From NCBI GenBank assembly GCA_002269645.1, contig NIVC01001737.1:1-64000 (forward strand): a stretch of DNA of 64,000 bases, read 5' to 3'. The position numbers and the translations under genes are program-made. Origin of the DNA: Macrostomum lignano. Lineage: Eukaryota. Each line of letters starts with the position of its first letter. The first letter of the stretch is position 1. This document shows, piece after piece, positions 25,801-39,906 of the stretch. Under the pieces are notes generated by a model. The model was not told where the DNA came from. It ran no database searches and was given only the letters and a program-made list of their open reading frames with translations.

Positions 25801-28800
25801 CCTCTACTATCCTCAGTTCCAGTCCTCTACTTCCCTCAGTTCCAGTCCTCTACTATCCTCAGTTCCAGTCCTCTACTATCCTCAGTTCAGTCCTCTACTA
25901 TACTCAGTTCCAGTCCTCTACTATCCTCAGTTCCAGTCCTCTACTATCCTCAGTTCCAGTCCTCTACTATCCTCAGTTCCAGTCCTCTACTATACTCAGT
26001 TCCAGTCCTCTACTTCCCTCAGTTCCAGTCCTCTACTATACTCAGTTCCAGTCCTCTACTTCCCTCAGTTCCAGTCCTCTACTTCCATCAGTTCCAGTCC
26101 TCTACTTCCTCAGTTCCAGTCCTCTACTATCCTCAGTTCCAGTCCTCTAACTTCCGTCAGTTCCAGTCCTCTACTTCCCTCAGTTCCAGTCCTCTACTAT
26201 CCTCAGTTCCAGTCCTCTACTATCCTCAGTTCCAGTCCTCTACTATCCTCAGTTCCAGTCCCTAACTTCCGTCAGTTCCAGTCCTCACTATCCTCAGTTC
26301 CAGTCCTCTACTATCCTCAGTTCCAGTCCTCTACTTCCCTCAGTTCCAGTCCTCTACTTCCCTCAGTTCCAGTCCTCTACTATCCTCAGTTCCAGTCCTC
26401 TACTATCCTCAGTTCCAGTCCTCTACTATACTCAGTTCCAGTCCTCTACTTCCCTCAGTTCCAGTCCTCTACTTCCCTCAGTTCCAGTCCTCTACTATCC
26501 TCAGTTCCAGTCCTCTACTATCCTCAGTTCCAGTCCTCTACTATACTCAGTTCCAGTCCTCTACTTCCTCAGTTCCAGTCCTCTACTATCCTCAGTTCCA
26601 GTCCTCTACTATCTCAGTTCCAGTCCTCTACTTCCCTCAGTTCCAGTCCTCTACTATCCTCAGTTCCAGTCCTCAGTTCCTCAGTTCCAGTCCTCTACTA
26701 TCCTCAGTTCCAGTCCTCTACTTCCCTCAGTTCCAGTCCTCTACTATCCTCAGTTCCAGTCCTCTACTATCCTCAGTTCCAGTCCTCTACTATCCTCAGT
26801 TCCAGTCCTCTACTATCCTCAGTTCCAGTCCTCTACTATACTCAGTTCCAGTCCTCTACTATCCTCAGTTCCAGTCATCTACTATCCTCAGTTTCAGTCC
26901 TCTACTATCCTCAGTTCCAGTCCCCAACTTCCGTCAGTTCCAGTTCTACTATCCTCAGTTCCAGTCCTCTACTATACTCAGTTCCAGTCCCCAACTTCCC
27001 TCAGTTCCAGTCCCCAACTTCCCTCAGTTCCAGTTCTACTATCCTCAGTTCTAGTCCACAACTTCCGTCAATTCCAGTCCTCTACTATCCTCAGTTCCAG
27101 TCCTCTACTTCCCTCAGTTCCAGTCCTCTACTATCCTCAGTTCCAGTCCTCAGTTCCTCAGTTCCAGTCCTCTACTATCCTCAGTTCCAGTCCTCTACTT
27201 CCCTCAGTTCCAGTCCTCTACTATCCTCAGTTCCAGTCCTCTACTTCCCTCAGTTCCAGTCCTCTACTATCCTCAGTTCCAGTCCTCTACTATCCTCAGT
27301 TCAGTCCTCTACTATACTCAGTTCCAGTCCTCTACTATCCTCAGTTCCAGTCATCTACTATCCTCAGTTTCAGTCCTCTACTATCCTCAGTTCCAGTCCC
27401 CAACTTCCGTCAGTTCCAGTCCTCTACTATCCTCAGTTCCAGTCCCCAACTTCCCTCAGTTCCAGTTCTACTATCCTCAGTTCCAGTCCTCTACTATACT
27501 CAGTTCCAGTCCCCAACTTCCCTCAGTTCCAGTCCCCAACTTCCCTCAGTTCCAGTTCTACTATCCTCAGTTCCAGTCCTCTACTATACTCAGTTCCAGT
27601 CCTCTACTATACTCAGTTCCAGTCCTCTACTATCCTCAGTTCCAGTCTCCAACTTCCGTCAGTTCCAGTCCTCTACTATCCTCAGTTCCAGTCCCCAACT
27701 TCCGTCAGTTCCAGTCCTCTACTATCCTCAGTTCCAGTCCCCAACTTCCCTCAGTTCCAGTTCTACTATCCTCAGTTCCAGTCCTCTACTATCCTCAGTT
27801 CCAGTCCTCTACTATACTCAGTTCCAGTCCTCTACTTCCCTCAGTTCCAGTCCTCTACTTCCCTCAGTTCCAGTCCTCTACTATCCTCAGTTCCAGTCCT
27901 CTACTATCCTCAGTTCCAGTCCTCTACTATACTCAGTTCCAGTCCTCTACTTCCCTCAGTTCCAGTCCTCTACTATCCTCAGTTCCAGTCCTCTACTTCC
28001 CTCAGTTCCAGTCCTCTACTATCCTCAGTTCCAGTCCTCAGTTCCTCAGTTCCAGTCCTCTACTATCCTCAGTTCCAGTCCTCTACTTCCCTCAGTTCCA
28101 GTCCTCTACTATCCTCAGTTCCAGTCCTCTACTTCCCTCAGTTCCAGTCCTCTACTATCCTCAGTTCCAGTCCTCTACTATCCTCAGTTTCAGTCCTCTA
28201 CTATACTCAGTTCCAGTCCTCTACTATCCTCAGTTCCAGTCATCTACTATCCTCAGTTTCAGTCCTCTACTATCCTCAGTTCCAGTCCCCAACTTCCGTC
28301 AGTTCCAGTCCTCTACTATCCTCAGTTCCAGTCCCCAACTTCCCTCAGTTCCAGTTCTACTATCCTCAGTTCCAGTCCTCTACTATACTCAGTTCCAGTC
28401 CCCAACTTCCCTCAGTTCCAGTCCCAACTTCCCTCAGTTCCAGTTCTACTATCCTCAGTTCCAGTCCTCTACTATACTCAGTTCCAGTCCTCTACTATAC
28501 TCAGTTCCAGTCCTCTACTATCCTCAGTTCCAGTCCCCAACTTCCCTCAGTTCCAGTTCTACTATCCTCAGTTCCAGTCCTCTACTATACTCAGTTCCAG
28601 TCCCCAACTTCCCTCAGTTCCAGTTCTACTATCCTCAGTTCCAGTCCTCTACTATACTCAGTTCCAGTCCTCTACTATCCTCAGTTCCAGTCCCCAACTT
28701 CCGTCAGTTCCAGTCCTCAACTATCCTCAGTTCCAGTCCTCTACTTCCCTCAGTTCCAGTCCTCTACTATCCTCAGTTCCAGTCCCCAACTTCCGTCAGT

Positions 28801-28805
28801 TCCAG
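19870..28805. repeat. 8.9-kb satellite, 23-bp monomer CAGTTCCAGTCCTCTACT(ATC/TCC/ATA)CT, with higher-order structure, inside FGF intron 1
   Basis: Direct reading; diagnostic variant blocks recur (see findings). Confidence 0.97.
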
Positions 28806-29309
28806 TGCCCTATTAACTTAGCTTTAATACTTATCGGTCAGCCTGTTTCGCCTATCGATCTTTCAATCCAATCATAGAATAAAATATAGCTAATTCTTTC
28901 GCCATAGTAATATTTTACCATTTCGAGTTATTATTACATGTACCAGTATAGCAGAAAAATTAAATAATTTGAGGGGGTGTGAAAGCGCGACGCTGTTTAG
29001 TCGGTGTTTCTTGAAGGCAGGCCAAAAAATTCGTCCCCAAGAAAATTCTTAGAAAGACAAACTGAGCAGCTGATTGAGCCGACTGAGAAGATAAGGTCTA
29101 TGTACAACTCGGAAGGTTAAAGTTTTACGAACTCAACCAGCAATCTCTACTGTACTTTCATTTATAAATTCCGGCGAGAAGTAACACACTGTAGCTCAAG
29201 GTTCGTCGTAGCCTTGCAAACATATTTTCATGAAACAAAACTGACTTGTACCTTAACTGTACATTGATCTGTTTTAATTATGATACAGTTTCTTACATAA
29301 TGCAGTTGG

Positions 29310-29865
29310 CAGAGAGGGTATAGAGGGTATGAAGGATATGGAGGTTATGGAAGATATGGAGGGTATGGAGGGTATGGAGGGTATTAGGATATAGAGGGTA
29401 TGGAGTGTATGGAGGGTATGGAGGGTATGGAGGGTATGGAGGGTATGGAGGGTATGGAGGGTATGGAGGGTATGGAGAGTATGGAGGGTATTAGGATATG
29501 GAGGGTAATTAGAATATGGAGGGTATGGAGTGTATGGAGGGTATGGAGGATATGGAGGGTATGGAGTGTATGGAGGGTATGGAGGGTATGGAGGGTATGG
29601 AGGGTATGGAGGGTATGGAGGGTATGGAGTGTATGGAGGGTATGGAGGGTATGGAGGGTATGGAGGGTATGGAGGGTATGGAGGGTATGGAGGGTATGGA
29701 GGGTATGGAGGGTATGAGGTATGGAGGATATGGAGGGTATGGAGGATATGGAGGGTATGGAGGGTATGGAGGTTATGGAGGGTATGGAGGGTATGGAGGG
29801 TATGGAGGTTATGGAGAGTATGGAGGATATGGAGGTATGGAGGGTATGGAGATTATGGAGGCTAT
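29310..29865. repeat. 9-bp repeat TATGGAGGG
   Basis: Direct reading. Confidence 0.95.
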
Positions 29866-30549
29866 GAGGCAGAGATTCATCATCAGGAAGAAGTGCAAAG
29901 AAACTAATTTAACCAAACGGGCGGCGAAATGTAAGAAAATGCAATTACATTTTTATCTCTTCGAATATCCGCGGTTATTACACTTTCACGCGCAGGATTA
30001 ACAGGATTTCGAGCCTGCGCTACACCGTGAGAATTCAGCCTGGAACTGGCCAATTAGCAGAGCAATTCAAGTGTGGCAACTGTCAGGTGACAATCTATTG
30101 TTAACCAGCTCCATCACCTCACTCGGCTCTTTGCAGACGCTGACAAAAATATAGAACCATAAAATGGCGATTACTAATAAACCGATAGTAAAGAGCTCAT
30201 TTTCTTGCAATCGTAAAATGATAAAACTATACAGGTAAGTCGTTACACTCCTAGTTTTGCAAAGGTTTTATTACAGCTGGTATTGTATTACACAGGTAGA
30301 ACTTGTGCCAATGAGTTGCAACCTGGCTTTTAATAGTCTGTAGTCTTGACGACGGTGCCAAATGAATTAGTCTGACAACACCTCAGATTTTGCTGCAGGT
30401 TTACAAGATGGACGCGAGAGGTGTTGGAGAGAGCAATTAAGTAGTAAAGAGTCTTCTTTAGGGTTCATTTGAGTTCTTGTGACTTGAGAAAAGATCCAGA
30501 CAGTTGCACTATGAACAGATTTAGATTCAGCAAGAGAGTCGGTGAAACT

Positions 30550-31180
30550 CTAGGGAGAATCTAGGGAGATCTAGGGAGAGAATCTAGGGTGAGAATCTAG
30601 GGAGAATCTAGGGAGAATCTAGGGTGAGTATCTAGGGAGAATCTAGGGTGAGAATTAGGAAGAATCTAGAGTAGATAATCAGGCAGAATCTAAGGAGAAT
30701 CTAGGGAGAGTCTAGGGTGAGAAGCAGGGAGAATCTAGGGTGAGAGTCAGGTAGGATCTAGGGTGAGAAGCAGGGAGAATCTAGGGTGAGAATCAGGGAG
30801 AATCTAGGGTGAGAATCAGGGAGAATCTAGGGTGAGAATCAAGTGTGAGAATTAGGGAGAATCTAGAGTAGATAATCAGGCAGAATCTAGGGTGAGAATC
30901 TAGGGAGATCTAGGGTGAGAAGCAGGGAGAATCTAGGGTGAGAGTCAGGTAGGATCTAGGGTGAGAAGCAGGGAGAATCTAGGGTGAGAATCAGGGAGAA
31001 TCTAGGGTGAGAATCAGGGAGAATCTAGGGTGAGAATCAAGGGTGAGAGTTAGGGAGAATCTAGAGTAGATAATCAGGCAGAATCTAGGGTGAGAATCTA
31101 GGGAGATCTAGGGTGAGAATCTAGGGTGAGAATCTAGGGAGAATCTAGGGTGAGAAGCAGGGAGAATCTAGGGTGAGAGT
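30550..31180. repeat. GAGAATCTAGGG(T)-based minisatellite
   Basis: Direct reading. Confidence 0.9.
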
Positions 31181-31905
31181 TCAGGATTAGAACCAGTGAG
31201 AGTCTGCAGTGATAATGATGAAAATATACATTACAGAGAAAGCCAGTCACTCAGACCACAGAAAAGATGTTTTCCACTTTAATAGAAATGGTCTAAAAAC
31301 AAGCAGTTTAGTGCTTGTTGGCGAACAAGTTGCTAAAAGTTGTTTTCCAGTGCCAAAGAAGCGTACAATGCATGTCAGAACTGGCCAAAGACGCTCTTCT
31401 GAACTCTCTCTCCACCCCTGCGTCACCCTACCCACCTGGCCGCTCAAACACTAGGCCTAAAATGAGCTGTTAGCATGCAACTTTAATTTTCTGCCCTTAC
31501 CTTGCTCGTCTCGCAGTCGCGCTAAGCCACCTTTCTAACTCTAAAGTAATAGCTCAGGATTGCCCCCTGGATTGCTAAATACATTAAGCGAAACAGAAAA
31601 TACTTTAACATAGAATTTTTCTGTTACTGTCTAAACTGAACAGAGCCTGCGAGTGTGGCGTGCGCGCCTTGTCGTTCTATTCATCCATAGCTGATATCAT
31701 AGGACCGCGGCCAGCCCCTCAATGAAGCTTATTGTCTCAACTGTCTGAAGAGGCCACTTGACTAGCTGGACCAGGCAGTATATTGCACAGCTGCTGGCTG
31801 CCTCTGTCTGTGCTTCTGCTTCTTTGGTCCGTCACTTCGACAGCAGCGCAGGCTGGTGCATGCTGGAACAGGGCTGATGAGGCACGCGTGCAGCTGCTTG
31901 CCCGC

Positions 31906-32245
<340 letters not shown>

Positions 32246-32957
32246 GTATCCAACCATCCAACTACAACAAAGTATCTGGCGATCGCCATGCAATTTCAGC
32301 TTTGTTCACCGCCGACTTTGTTCCTGTATTTGTTTTTTCTATTTTAAAACAACTCGTGCAGTCCTAATTGATGGGTGTCAAATTGATGCATGCACTTTCA
32401 CTGACTAGTATATCCATCTTTGTTGTCCAACGCGCATGTCAGATAAGATCGGGAGCCGATTTGTTCTGAACAGCCAGCCTGCCCTCTCTGCCCCGCATAT
32501 TGCTTTGGCACAGGCAATAAGGCCAAGTTGCTTCCACTTGGATCAGAGTAAAAAAATGCAAAAATTTTACGATCTTTTTAAACTAAGGTTCCAGTGCTGT
32601 TTTGCCAAAAATAAGAAATTCAATGCCTTTACAGCTTCCCAAGAGTTTTACCACACTCTCACTTGGCACTGTAATTGCGTAGAGGCGAGAGATGTAAACG
32701 TAGTGTGTGCGTCTGTGGCACAACCCGAAGTCTGTTGAACGCTACACTGGTTGAGAAACCCCCTCAGATGCACTTCTTCCGCTTGGCTCATGCGGCAGAA
32801 ATTTGATCTGCTTGAGCATTGCCGGTCTGCAGAGAGGAATCTGGGTCAGACAGGCTGCAATTATTGCTCCTAGGAAACCCGCCTCAATATGCCAGGATTG
32901 CCAGACGAATTCTGTGTTGCTACCGTCTAATGATTGTTGATAATATTAAGAGAGCTG

Positions 32958-33100
<143 letters not shown>

Positions 33101-35194
33101 GCAGTCTAGTACACAGCTGCACAACTCCTGGACCTCGAAAGGCGCAGAACTGTCAAAGTGTGCGCAGCAGTGATTACTGCGTTTGCTTTACGTGGCTGAA
33201 AATTGTCAGCAAAAACGTTTTTTTGTCCTTCGTTCGGGCGTCCCAAAAGAAGGACAGACAAGCTGGGAGAGACAAAGCGCGGCAGTCAAAAGTCCAACAA
33301 CTTTCTTTCAAGCTTGGCTGCTTGGCTGATAGACCAGAGCGCACAGACGGGGGCTGCAGAGAGAGTAGTTTTGAACTTTTCTATGCTTTAGTCGTTTTTT
33401 TGCGTTTTAACAAAAAAGAAGTGATTTTCATCACTTTGGCCAATACGGTGGGCGGGTCCGGGGATGGTCAGTTGGGCGTCTGTCGCTGACTTTTAAACCT
33501 CTGTTTGAGGTCAGCCTGTCTGGCTGGCTATCTGAATCCTCTCTGCTTGTGCGGCACAGTCCTAACTGAGCTTACTGAGACGATGAGTAGTTCGACTAAC
33601 TAGCGTGACACGAATTTGAATCCGAAAATAGCTCGTAGATAGATTTTCAAATTGTTTTAATTTTTCTAAGAATCGAGGTACAAAGATGCTAAGGTCGCAA
33701 ATTTTGAAACTTTCACAATACCAGGATTTCTCATAATCTCACCTTCTTGACTTCTGAACTGCATTTCGAGCAAAGATGATGCATCGATTCTCAAGTTGAT
33801 CTAGCTTATTTTGTAATTGTAAAGAATTTCTTTTTATTTTACCGTGAGGTGGGGTTTAACCATAAACAAAACTGTCTCAAAACTGCGGAGACACTGAAGA
33901 ACACTTTGGAACTCTCCAGTTGTTCCGACTTTTTGGTTGTCTGACTCATCTCTTAAGTTCGTCTGCCCTCGTTTCTTTTTGTTAACTATTTTTTCTCTGT
34001 CTAGATAAAATCAGACTCTCTTTTTTTGTCTTTCTATCCTCTCACTGGCTTCTGATTGGCTCTTCACTCTGACCTCCTTCCACAGTCGCGCTTCCACTCC
34101 TCTTTATCTGCGTACGACCCACCCCCTCTTTCTGCGTACGACCCACCCCTCCTTATCTGCTTACGAAACACTCCCTCGGCATCTCCTTATCTACGTACGA
34201 CCCACCCCCTCCTTATCTGCGTACGATTCGCACCATTAATTGATAAATTATTAAAGTTGTATGGGCCTTGTGCCCAGTCCCTAATATTATTTAATTTAAA
34301 TCCTAACTCTTACTCAAGCTAATTCAGTATAGCCAATTCACAACTTCGTCTGTTTTGTTATTTTTCTACACCGGTTTCCGGTAGCTTTTCTAAAAAAATA
34401 GCTTAACGATCCCAAGACGTCCATGACAGATTCAAGCTAACCAGTCATTCAAAGAAAACACCAATTGTCCTGTCAATAATTCTATAGTCTCAGCAGTAGC
34501 TTAACACACTCCCTCATTTAGTCCTGTATAGTATACTCGTACAATAATTTCTGCTTACTATGTGGGCGGTCAGCCCTAGCGGCACCAGATGACACCCTTT
34601 GTCTCTAGCTGGCTGGGTTCAAGACACGAATAAAGTACCGAAGACGAAACCCACTGTTCCACTTTTTGTACGGATGCGCGCATTTTTTGTCCTAGCAATG
34701 GCTACGGGTTTCAATGAACGGAGGTAAGTAAAACGATCAAAGGGAATTCGCCGCCCCTCCCCCGCGGCCCGCAGTCTCTATGTTGATGCGCTGTCCAGCG
34801 TCTGACCTCCAAGAAGCCCTCTAGTCAAACAGCAAGAGTGAGAGAGAGAGAGAGAGAGCCATATAAACAGGTCAAGGGATTTTCTAAACTTTTTTCTTCC
34901 AGTGTTTCTTTTTCATTTTTGCTTTGCTTTCTTTTGGAGATAAAAAAGGAAGGGCGAGTAAGGCTACTGGACTTTCTTCCCAACCTGAATGACTTTGTGG
35001 GGAACTGCATTTAGTGCAGTTTTTTGTGTTAGTAAGAAGCTAATAGCTGCTTTTTAAAGGTAGGATTCGTCACCTGCGCTAAATTAGAAAGCACTGGTTT
35101 TTTTTGAGGAATTCTTACGGTGGTTTGTTCAGTTAGGGTTTCTTTAAAACTCTAAGTACTGGCGGGTTTCTGGCCCTCCATTAGCTCTCTGTCA

Positions 35195-36325
35195 CCTTTC
35201 GATTAGCTTCCTGTCACTGTGCTATTAGCTTCCTGTCACTGTGCTATTAGCTTCCTGTCACTGTCCTATTAGCTTCCCGTTACTGTCCTATTAGCTTCCT
35301 GTCACTGTGCTATCAGCTTCCCGTTACTGTCCTATTAGCTTCCTGTCACTGTGCTATTAGCTTCCTGTCACTGTCTTATTAGCTTACTGTCACTGTCTTA
35401 TTAGCTTACTGTCACTGTCTTATTAGCTTACTGTCACTGTCTTATTAGCTTACTGTCACTGTCTTATTAGCTTTCTGTCACTGTCTTATTAGCTTACTGT
35501 CACTCTCTTATTAGCTTACTGTCACTGTCTTATTAGCTTACTGTCACTGTCTTATTAGCTTTCTGTCACTCTCCTATTAGCTTCCCGTTACTGTCCTATT
35601 AGTTTTCCGTTGCTGTCCTATTAGCTTCCCGTTATTGTCCTATTAGCTTCCTGTCACTCTCCTATTAGCTTCCCGTTACTGTCCTATTAGCTTCCCGTTG
35701 CTGTCCTATTAGCTTCCCGTTGCTGTCCTATTAGCTTCCCGTTGCTGTCCTATTAGCTTCCCGTTGCTGTCATATTAGCTTCCCGTTGCTGTCCTATTAG
35801 CTTCCCGTTGCTGTCCTATTAGCTTCCCGTTATTGTCCTATTAGCTTCCTGTCACTCTCCTATTAGCTTCCCGTTGCTGTCCTATTAGCTTCCCGTTGCT
35901 GTCCTATTAGCTTCCCGTTACTGTCCTATTAGCTTCCCGTTGCTGTCCTATTAGCTTCCCGTTGCTGTCCTATTAGCTTCCCGTTGCTGTCCTATTAGCT
36001 TCCCGTTGCTGTCCTATTAGCTTCCCGTTGCTGTCATATTAGCTTCCCGTTGCTGTCCTATTAGCTTCCCGTTACTGTCCTATTAGCTTCCCGTTGCTGT
36101 CCTATTAGCTTCCCGTTACTGTCCTATTAGCTTCCCGTTGCTGTCCTATTAGCTTCCTGTCACTGTCCTATTAGCTTCCCGTTGCTGTCCTATTAGCTTC
36201 CCGTTGCTGTCCTATTAGCTTCCCGTTACTGTCCTATTAGCTTCCTGTCACTGTGCTATTAGCTTTCTGTCACTGTTCTATTAGCTTTCTGTCGCTGTCC
36301 TATTAGCTTCCTGTCACTCTCCTAT
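35195..36325. repeat. 22-bp minisatellite TATTAGCTTCCCGTTGCTGTCC
   Basis: Direct reading. Confidence 0.95.
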
Positions 36326-36405
36326 CATCGGCTCCCATTACACGCACCCCAGTATAAGAACAAAGGAGTAGACAGTGATCACGGGGCGCACAAACAGAAG
36401 CTCAC

Positions 36406-36697
36406 CATTTCCAGGCACCGGATCCAGCCGAATGCTAGCAATTACTTCATTGCGACGATTGATCTCAAGCGTCAAACTTTTCCCCCTGATTGTCAGTTGA
36501 AGGATCTCCGCTCGACCAGTAGTGATCCCGATGGCCACCTCTGATGGACTCCGCCTGTACTTGGAGGCCGGCACTATGATCAATCGCTCCAGGCTAGCTT
36601 GAGTAGTAGTTGCTGGGGCTATCGGCTTAGCAACTAAACAACAATAATTAGTGGCTAAAGCCGCAACAAAAAGTGCGTACAGATTAATAGGAATCAT
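36406..36697 (-). CDS. fgf: FGF-like gene, putative coding exon 1 (signal peptide plus first beta strands)
   Basis: MIPINLYALFVAALATNYCCLVA is signal-peptide-like. RAEILQLTIRGKSLTLEINRRNEVIASIRLDPVPGN aligns by eye with FGF8 [32 protein letters not shown]. The strong donor AAT G|gtgagc is phase 1, matching the acceptor at 18925. Confidence 0.68.
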
Positions 36698-36731
36698 TTC
36701 GTAGATTTATGTATAAAGTTATTAGTAATTC

Positions 36732-36739
36732 TATTTATA
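36732..36739 (-). promoter_or_regulatory. Possible TATA box (TATAAATA) upstream of the FGF start codon
   Basis: About 35-40 nt 5' of the ATG; motif match only, in AT-rich DNA. Confidence 0.25.
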
Positions 36740-37424
36740 AGGAGAGTGGAATTAAACCTATAAAATTTCAATACGCTAAGGCAGTGCGCTAGTCTAGATT
36801 CAGTGGAGAGCAGCTTGTCGAGGCCGTTGGTCTGCCTGCTTTTAATAACCTTGCTGGGGTGGTGGCCGAGTCTCGGCCTCCCATTGGCTGTCTGAAATTC
36901 TCTACAAGCTCTCTTAACACTCGTGCAGTAAGCTACTAGCAGTAATAAAATTAACGGCTTAAGCCTAAAGCAAAGTATCATATATCCGCCCGAATATAGA
37001 GGATGATTCACGAAGACTAAGGGCTGGAGGGAGATGACGACAGAAGCTAAAATTGTATGGAGGGACAGATTGAAGTAGGCGACGGCTCTGGAATCCTTGC
37101 CTGCCTGCGGTCACCTAAAATTGGTTGGCAGGCAAAATAATTTTTTGACAACCTTTTTTATCCTATCCAGATTTGGCGATTCCACTTCTTTTCTGGCATG
37201 GGTGGTTTGCAGTTTGCATTTTTGTCTATGGCCCACTAGTCTGCGGCTTAAGGAAGTCAAAGAAGTTAATGACCATCGGTATGCTATGACAAGCACAGAT
37301 TCTATGTAATTCACCAGATGGGTCTCCAGCTTTCGCTAGTGTATTTAGCGGCCGTCCCCGAGGCCCCGAAAGCCCAGGGTTAGGGCCAGAGACACTGGCT
37401 GCTGCTAATGTCTTGAGAACACTC

Positions 37425-38220
37425 ACTCTCAGTCTCACTCACTCTCCCCTCACTCACTCTCCCCCATCACTCACTCTCCCCCATCACTCACTCTCCCCCT
37501 CACTCACTCTCCCCCTCACTCACTCTCCCCCTCACTCACTCTCCACCTAATTCACTCTCCCCCTCCCTCACTCTCCCATCACTCACTCTCCCCTCACTCA
37601 CTCTCCCCCATCACTCACTCTCCCCCTCACTCACTCTCCCCCATCACTCACTCTCCCCCTCACTCACTCTCCACCTAATTCACTCTCCCCCTCCCTCACT
37701 CTCTTATCACTCACTCTCCCCTCACTCACTCTCTTCTCACTCACTCTCCCCCATCACTCACTCTCCCCTCACTCACTCTCTTCTCACTCACTCTCCCCCA
37801 TCACTCACTCTCCCACTCACTCACTCTCTTCTCACTCACTCTCCTCTCACTCACTCTCCCCTCACTCACTCTCTTCTCACTCACTCTCCTCTCACTCACT
37901 CTCCACCTAATTCACTCTCCCCCTCCCTCACTCTCCCTATCAATCGCTCTCCCCTCACTCCCTCTACCCCTCACTCACCCTTTTCTCACTCACTTTCCCC
38001 CTCACTCACTCTCCCCCTCTCCCCCTCACTCACCCTTTTCTCACTCACTTTCCCCCTCACTCACTCTCGCCCTCCCTCACTCTCCCCTCACTCCCTCTCC
38101 CTCTCACTCCCTCTCCCTCTCACTCCCTCTCCCGCTCAGTCATTTTACCCTTCACTCACTCTCGCTATCAACCACTCAGTCACTCACTTCCTCGTTCACT
38201 CCTCTCACTCCCACCCTCCC
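37425..38220. repeat. TCACTCACTCTCCCC-type pyrimidine repeat
   Basis: Direct reading. Confidence 0.9.
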
Positions 38221-38689
38221 TCCCTTCTTCAGCTTTACCAATAAATATTCCTGTTGAGATTTTCTATTAAATTTCTATTAAAATTTCGCACCTCAAAATT
38301 TCTTTCGACCGTGCGTAGGTGTTTGAGCCAACGCTAATGATGCAGCCCTTTTCAGTACAGCTTATGCATGCAAATGCTTTCTTGCTCAGCAAAAAGATAT
38401 TATGATAAGATAAATACGAGTCGCACGTGCTCTTTAGCAACACAGGACCCACGCGTTACAACGGTATGTGGGTAACTCTTTCTGATTCCAAAATGCAGTC
38501 TTTTGATTCTTCAAATAAGTAATAATTGCATCACTGATTAGCGGATGTACCTGTAAGTACCTTATTGTTATCAATGAACACTTAAATTTAATGATTAAAT
38601 TGGTCATGTTTGACTCAAACCTAAGAGTCAGAAGATTATACAGTGATATAAATTTAAGGTCATTAACTAAACGGTCATAAATCAATCAT

Positions 38690-39030
38690 GAGCTGAGAGG
38701 TCATCATGAGCTGAGAGGTCATCATGAGCCAAAAGGTCACGAGGCAAAAGGTCATGAGCCAAAAGGTCATTAACCAGAAGGTCATGAGCCAAAAGGTCAT
38801 CAACCAAAAGGTCATGAGCCAAAAGGTCATTAACCAAAAGGTGATGAGCCAAAAGGTCATTAATCAAAAGGTCATTAACCAAAAGGTGATGAGCCAAAAG
38901 GTCATTAACCAAAAGGTCATGAGCCAAAAGGTGATGAGCCAAAAGGTCATTAATCAAAAGGTCATTAACCAAAAGGTCATGAGCCAAAAGGTCATGAGCC
39001 AAAAGGTCATGAGCCAAAAGGTCGTGAACC
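38690..39030. repeat. 15-bp minisatellite A(G/A)CCAAAAGGTCAT(G/T)
   Basis: Direct reading. Confidence 0.93.
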
Positions 39031-39750
39031 AATAGCTCAATAGAGATCATTAACACACCAGTCTTGCTGCTGTCAAAGAGAAAATCAGTCATAATGATTA
39101 GAGACGGTCATACAAGAATGTTTCTGTGCAAAAAAGCCGCAGATTTAGAGACGATCATCGGGCACGAATGACGCAGAGCTGCGTAGAAAAAATCTCAGTT
39201 TTGCCAAAGTTCGCTAGCACTCTTCAATTTTAAATGTCACAGTAATTATGAATAATATGTAATAATTTGTTAATCATATTATGTGTTTACAAATACACGA
39301 TATCGCCCCCCCGTGTGTTGTCAGTCAAAAAAATCTTACGCAGTTCAAAATTGCGGCCGGTCGAATAAGTCCGGATAAAAATAGAGCTAAGCTTATTATA
39401 AAAAGCCACAGCAGACCACACACGGAACATGGGATGCAAATAGCTGCATTCACGCATAATAAAGCCGTATCGTTTGACAGCAAAACGTCTGAACTTTTAC
39501 AGTTCTGGCTGGAGAAATTTCTAGAAAAAAAAGGTTCTCATGAGGCAGAGAAAATTGTGAAAAACCGCAGATGTTACGATCAATTTAATCATCACATTTC
39601 CTCTTCATACTACTTACAAGGGTGAATTTATTTTTTTAGTGAAAAACTTGCTTGCAAAAGCCCGAACCAGTTCCTTAGCCCACCCACCCCATAGATCTTA
39701 TATACACAGTATATATACACAGTATATAAGATCCATGACCCACCCTCTCC

Positions 39751-39906
39751 GCGGCTCCGAAAACACCGGGGTTAGGGCCATAGACACTGGCTATACTGCT
39801 AATGCTTGAGAGCAGCAGAAGCTGCAGTCTATGGTCAAAATCCCGGGGTTTTCGCGCTGCGGTCAGGCGGCTGGAGTGGCCCATCTACGTAATATAATCT
39901 GTGCTT
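39751..39906. mobile_element. Small degenerate palindromic (MITE-like) element; partial second copy at 37291-37420
   Basis: Imperfect 35-bp inverted arms 39751-39785 and 39827-39860 (CGAAAAC.CCGGG.TT....CCATAGAC); shared sequence GGGTTAGGGCCA.AGACACTGGCT...TGCTAATG.CTTGAGA at about 37375. Confidence 0.45.

Noticed and set aside
29530-29907. GGY-repeat glycine-rich (eggshell/cuticle-like) ORF
   Set aside because: It is one frame of the TATGGAGGG 9-mer array; no signal peptide or splice support; antisense within FGF intron 1.
34560-34660. Possible hammerhead ribozyme or SINE (CAGATGA...GACGAAAC, GTTCAAGAC); also CTGATGAG at about 31874
   Set aside because: The CUGANGA and GAAA core elements and stems cannot be assembled in either place.
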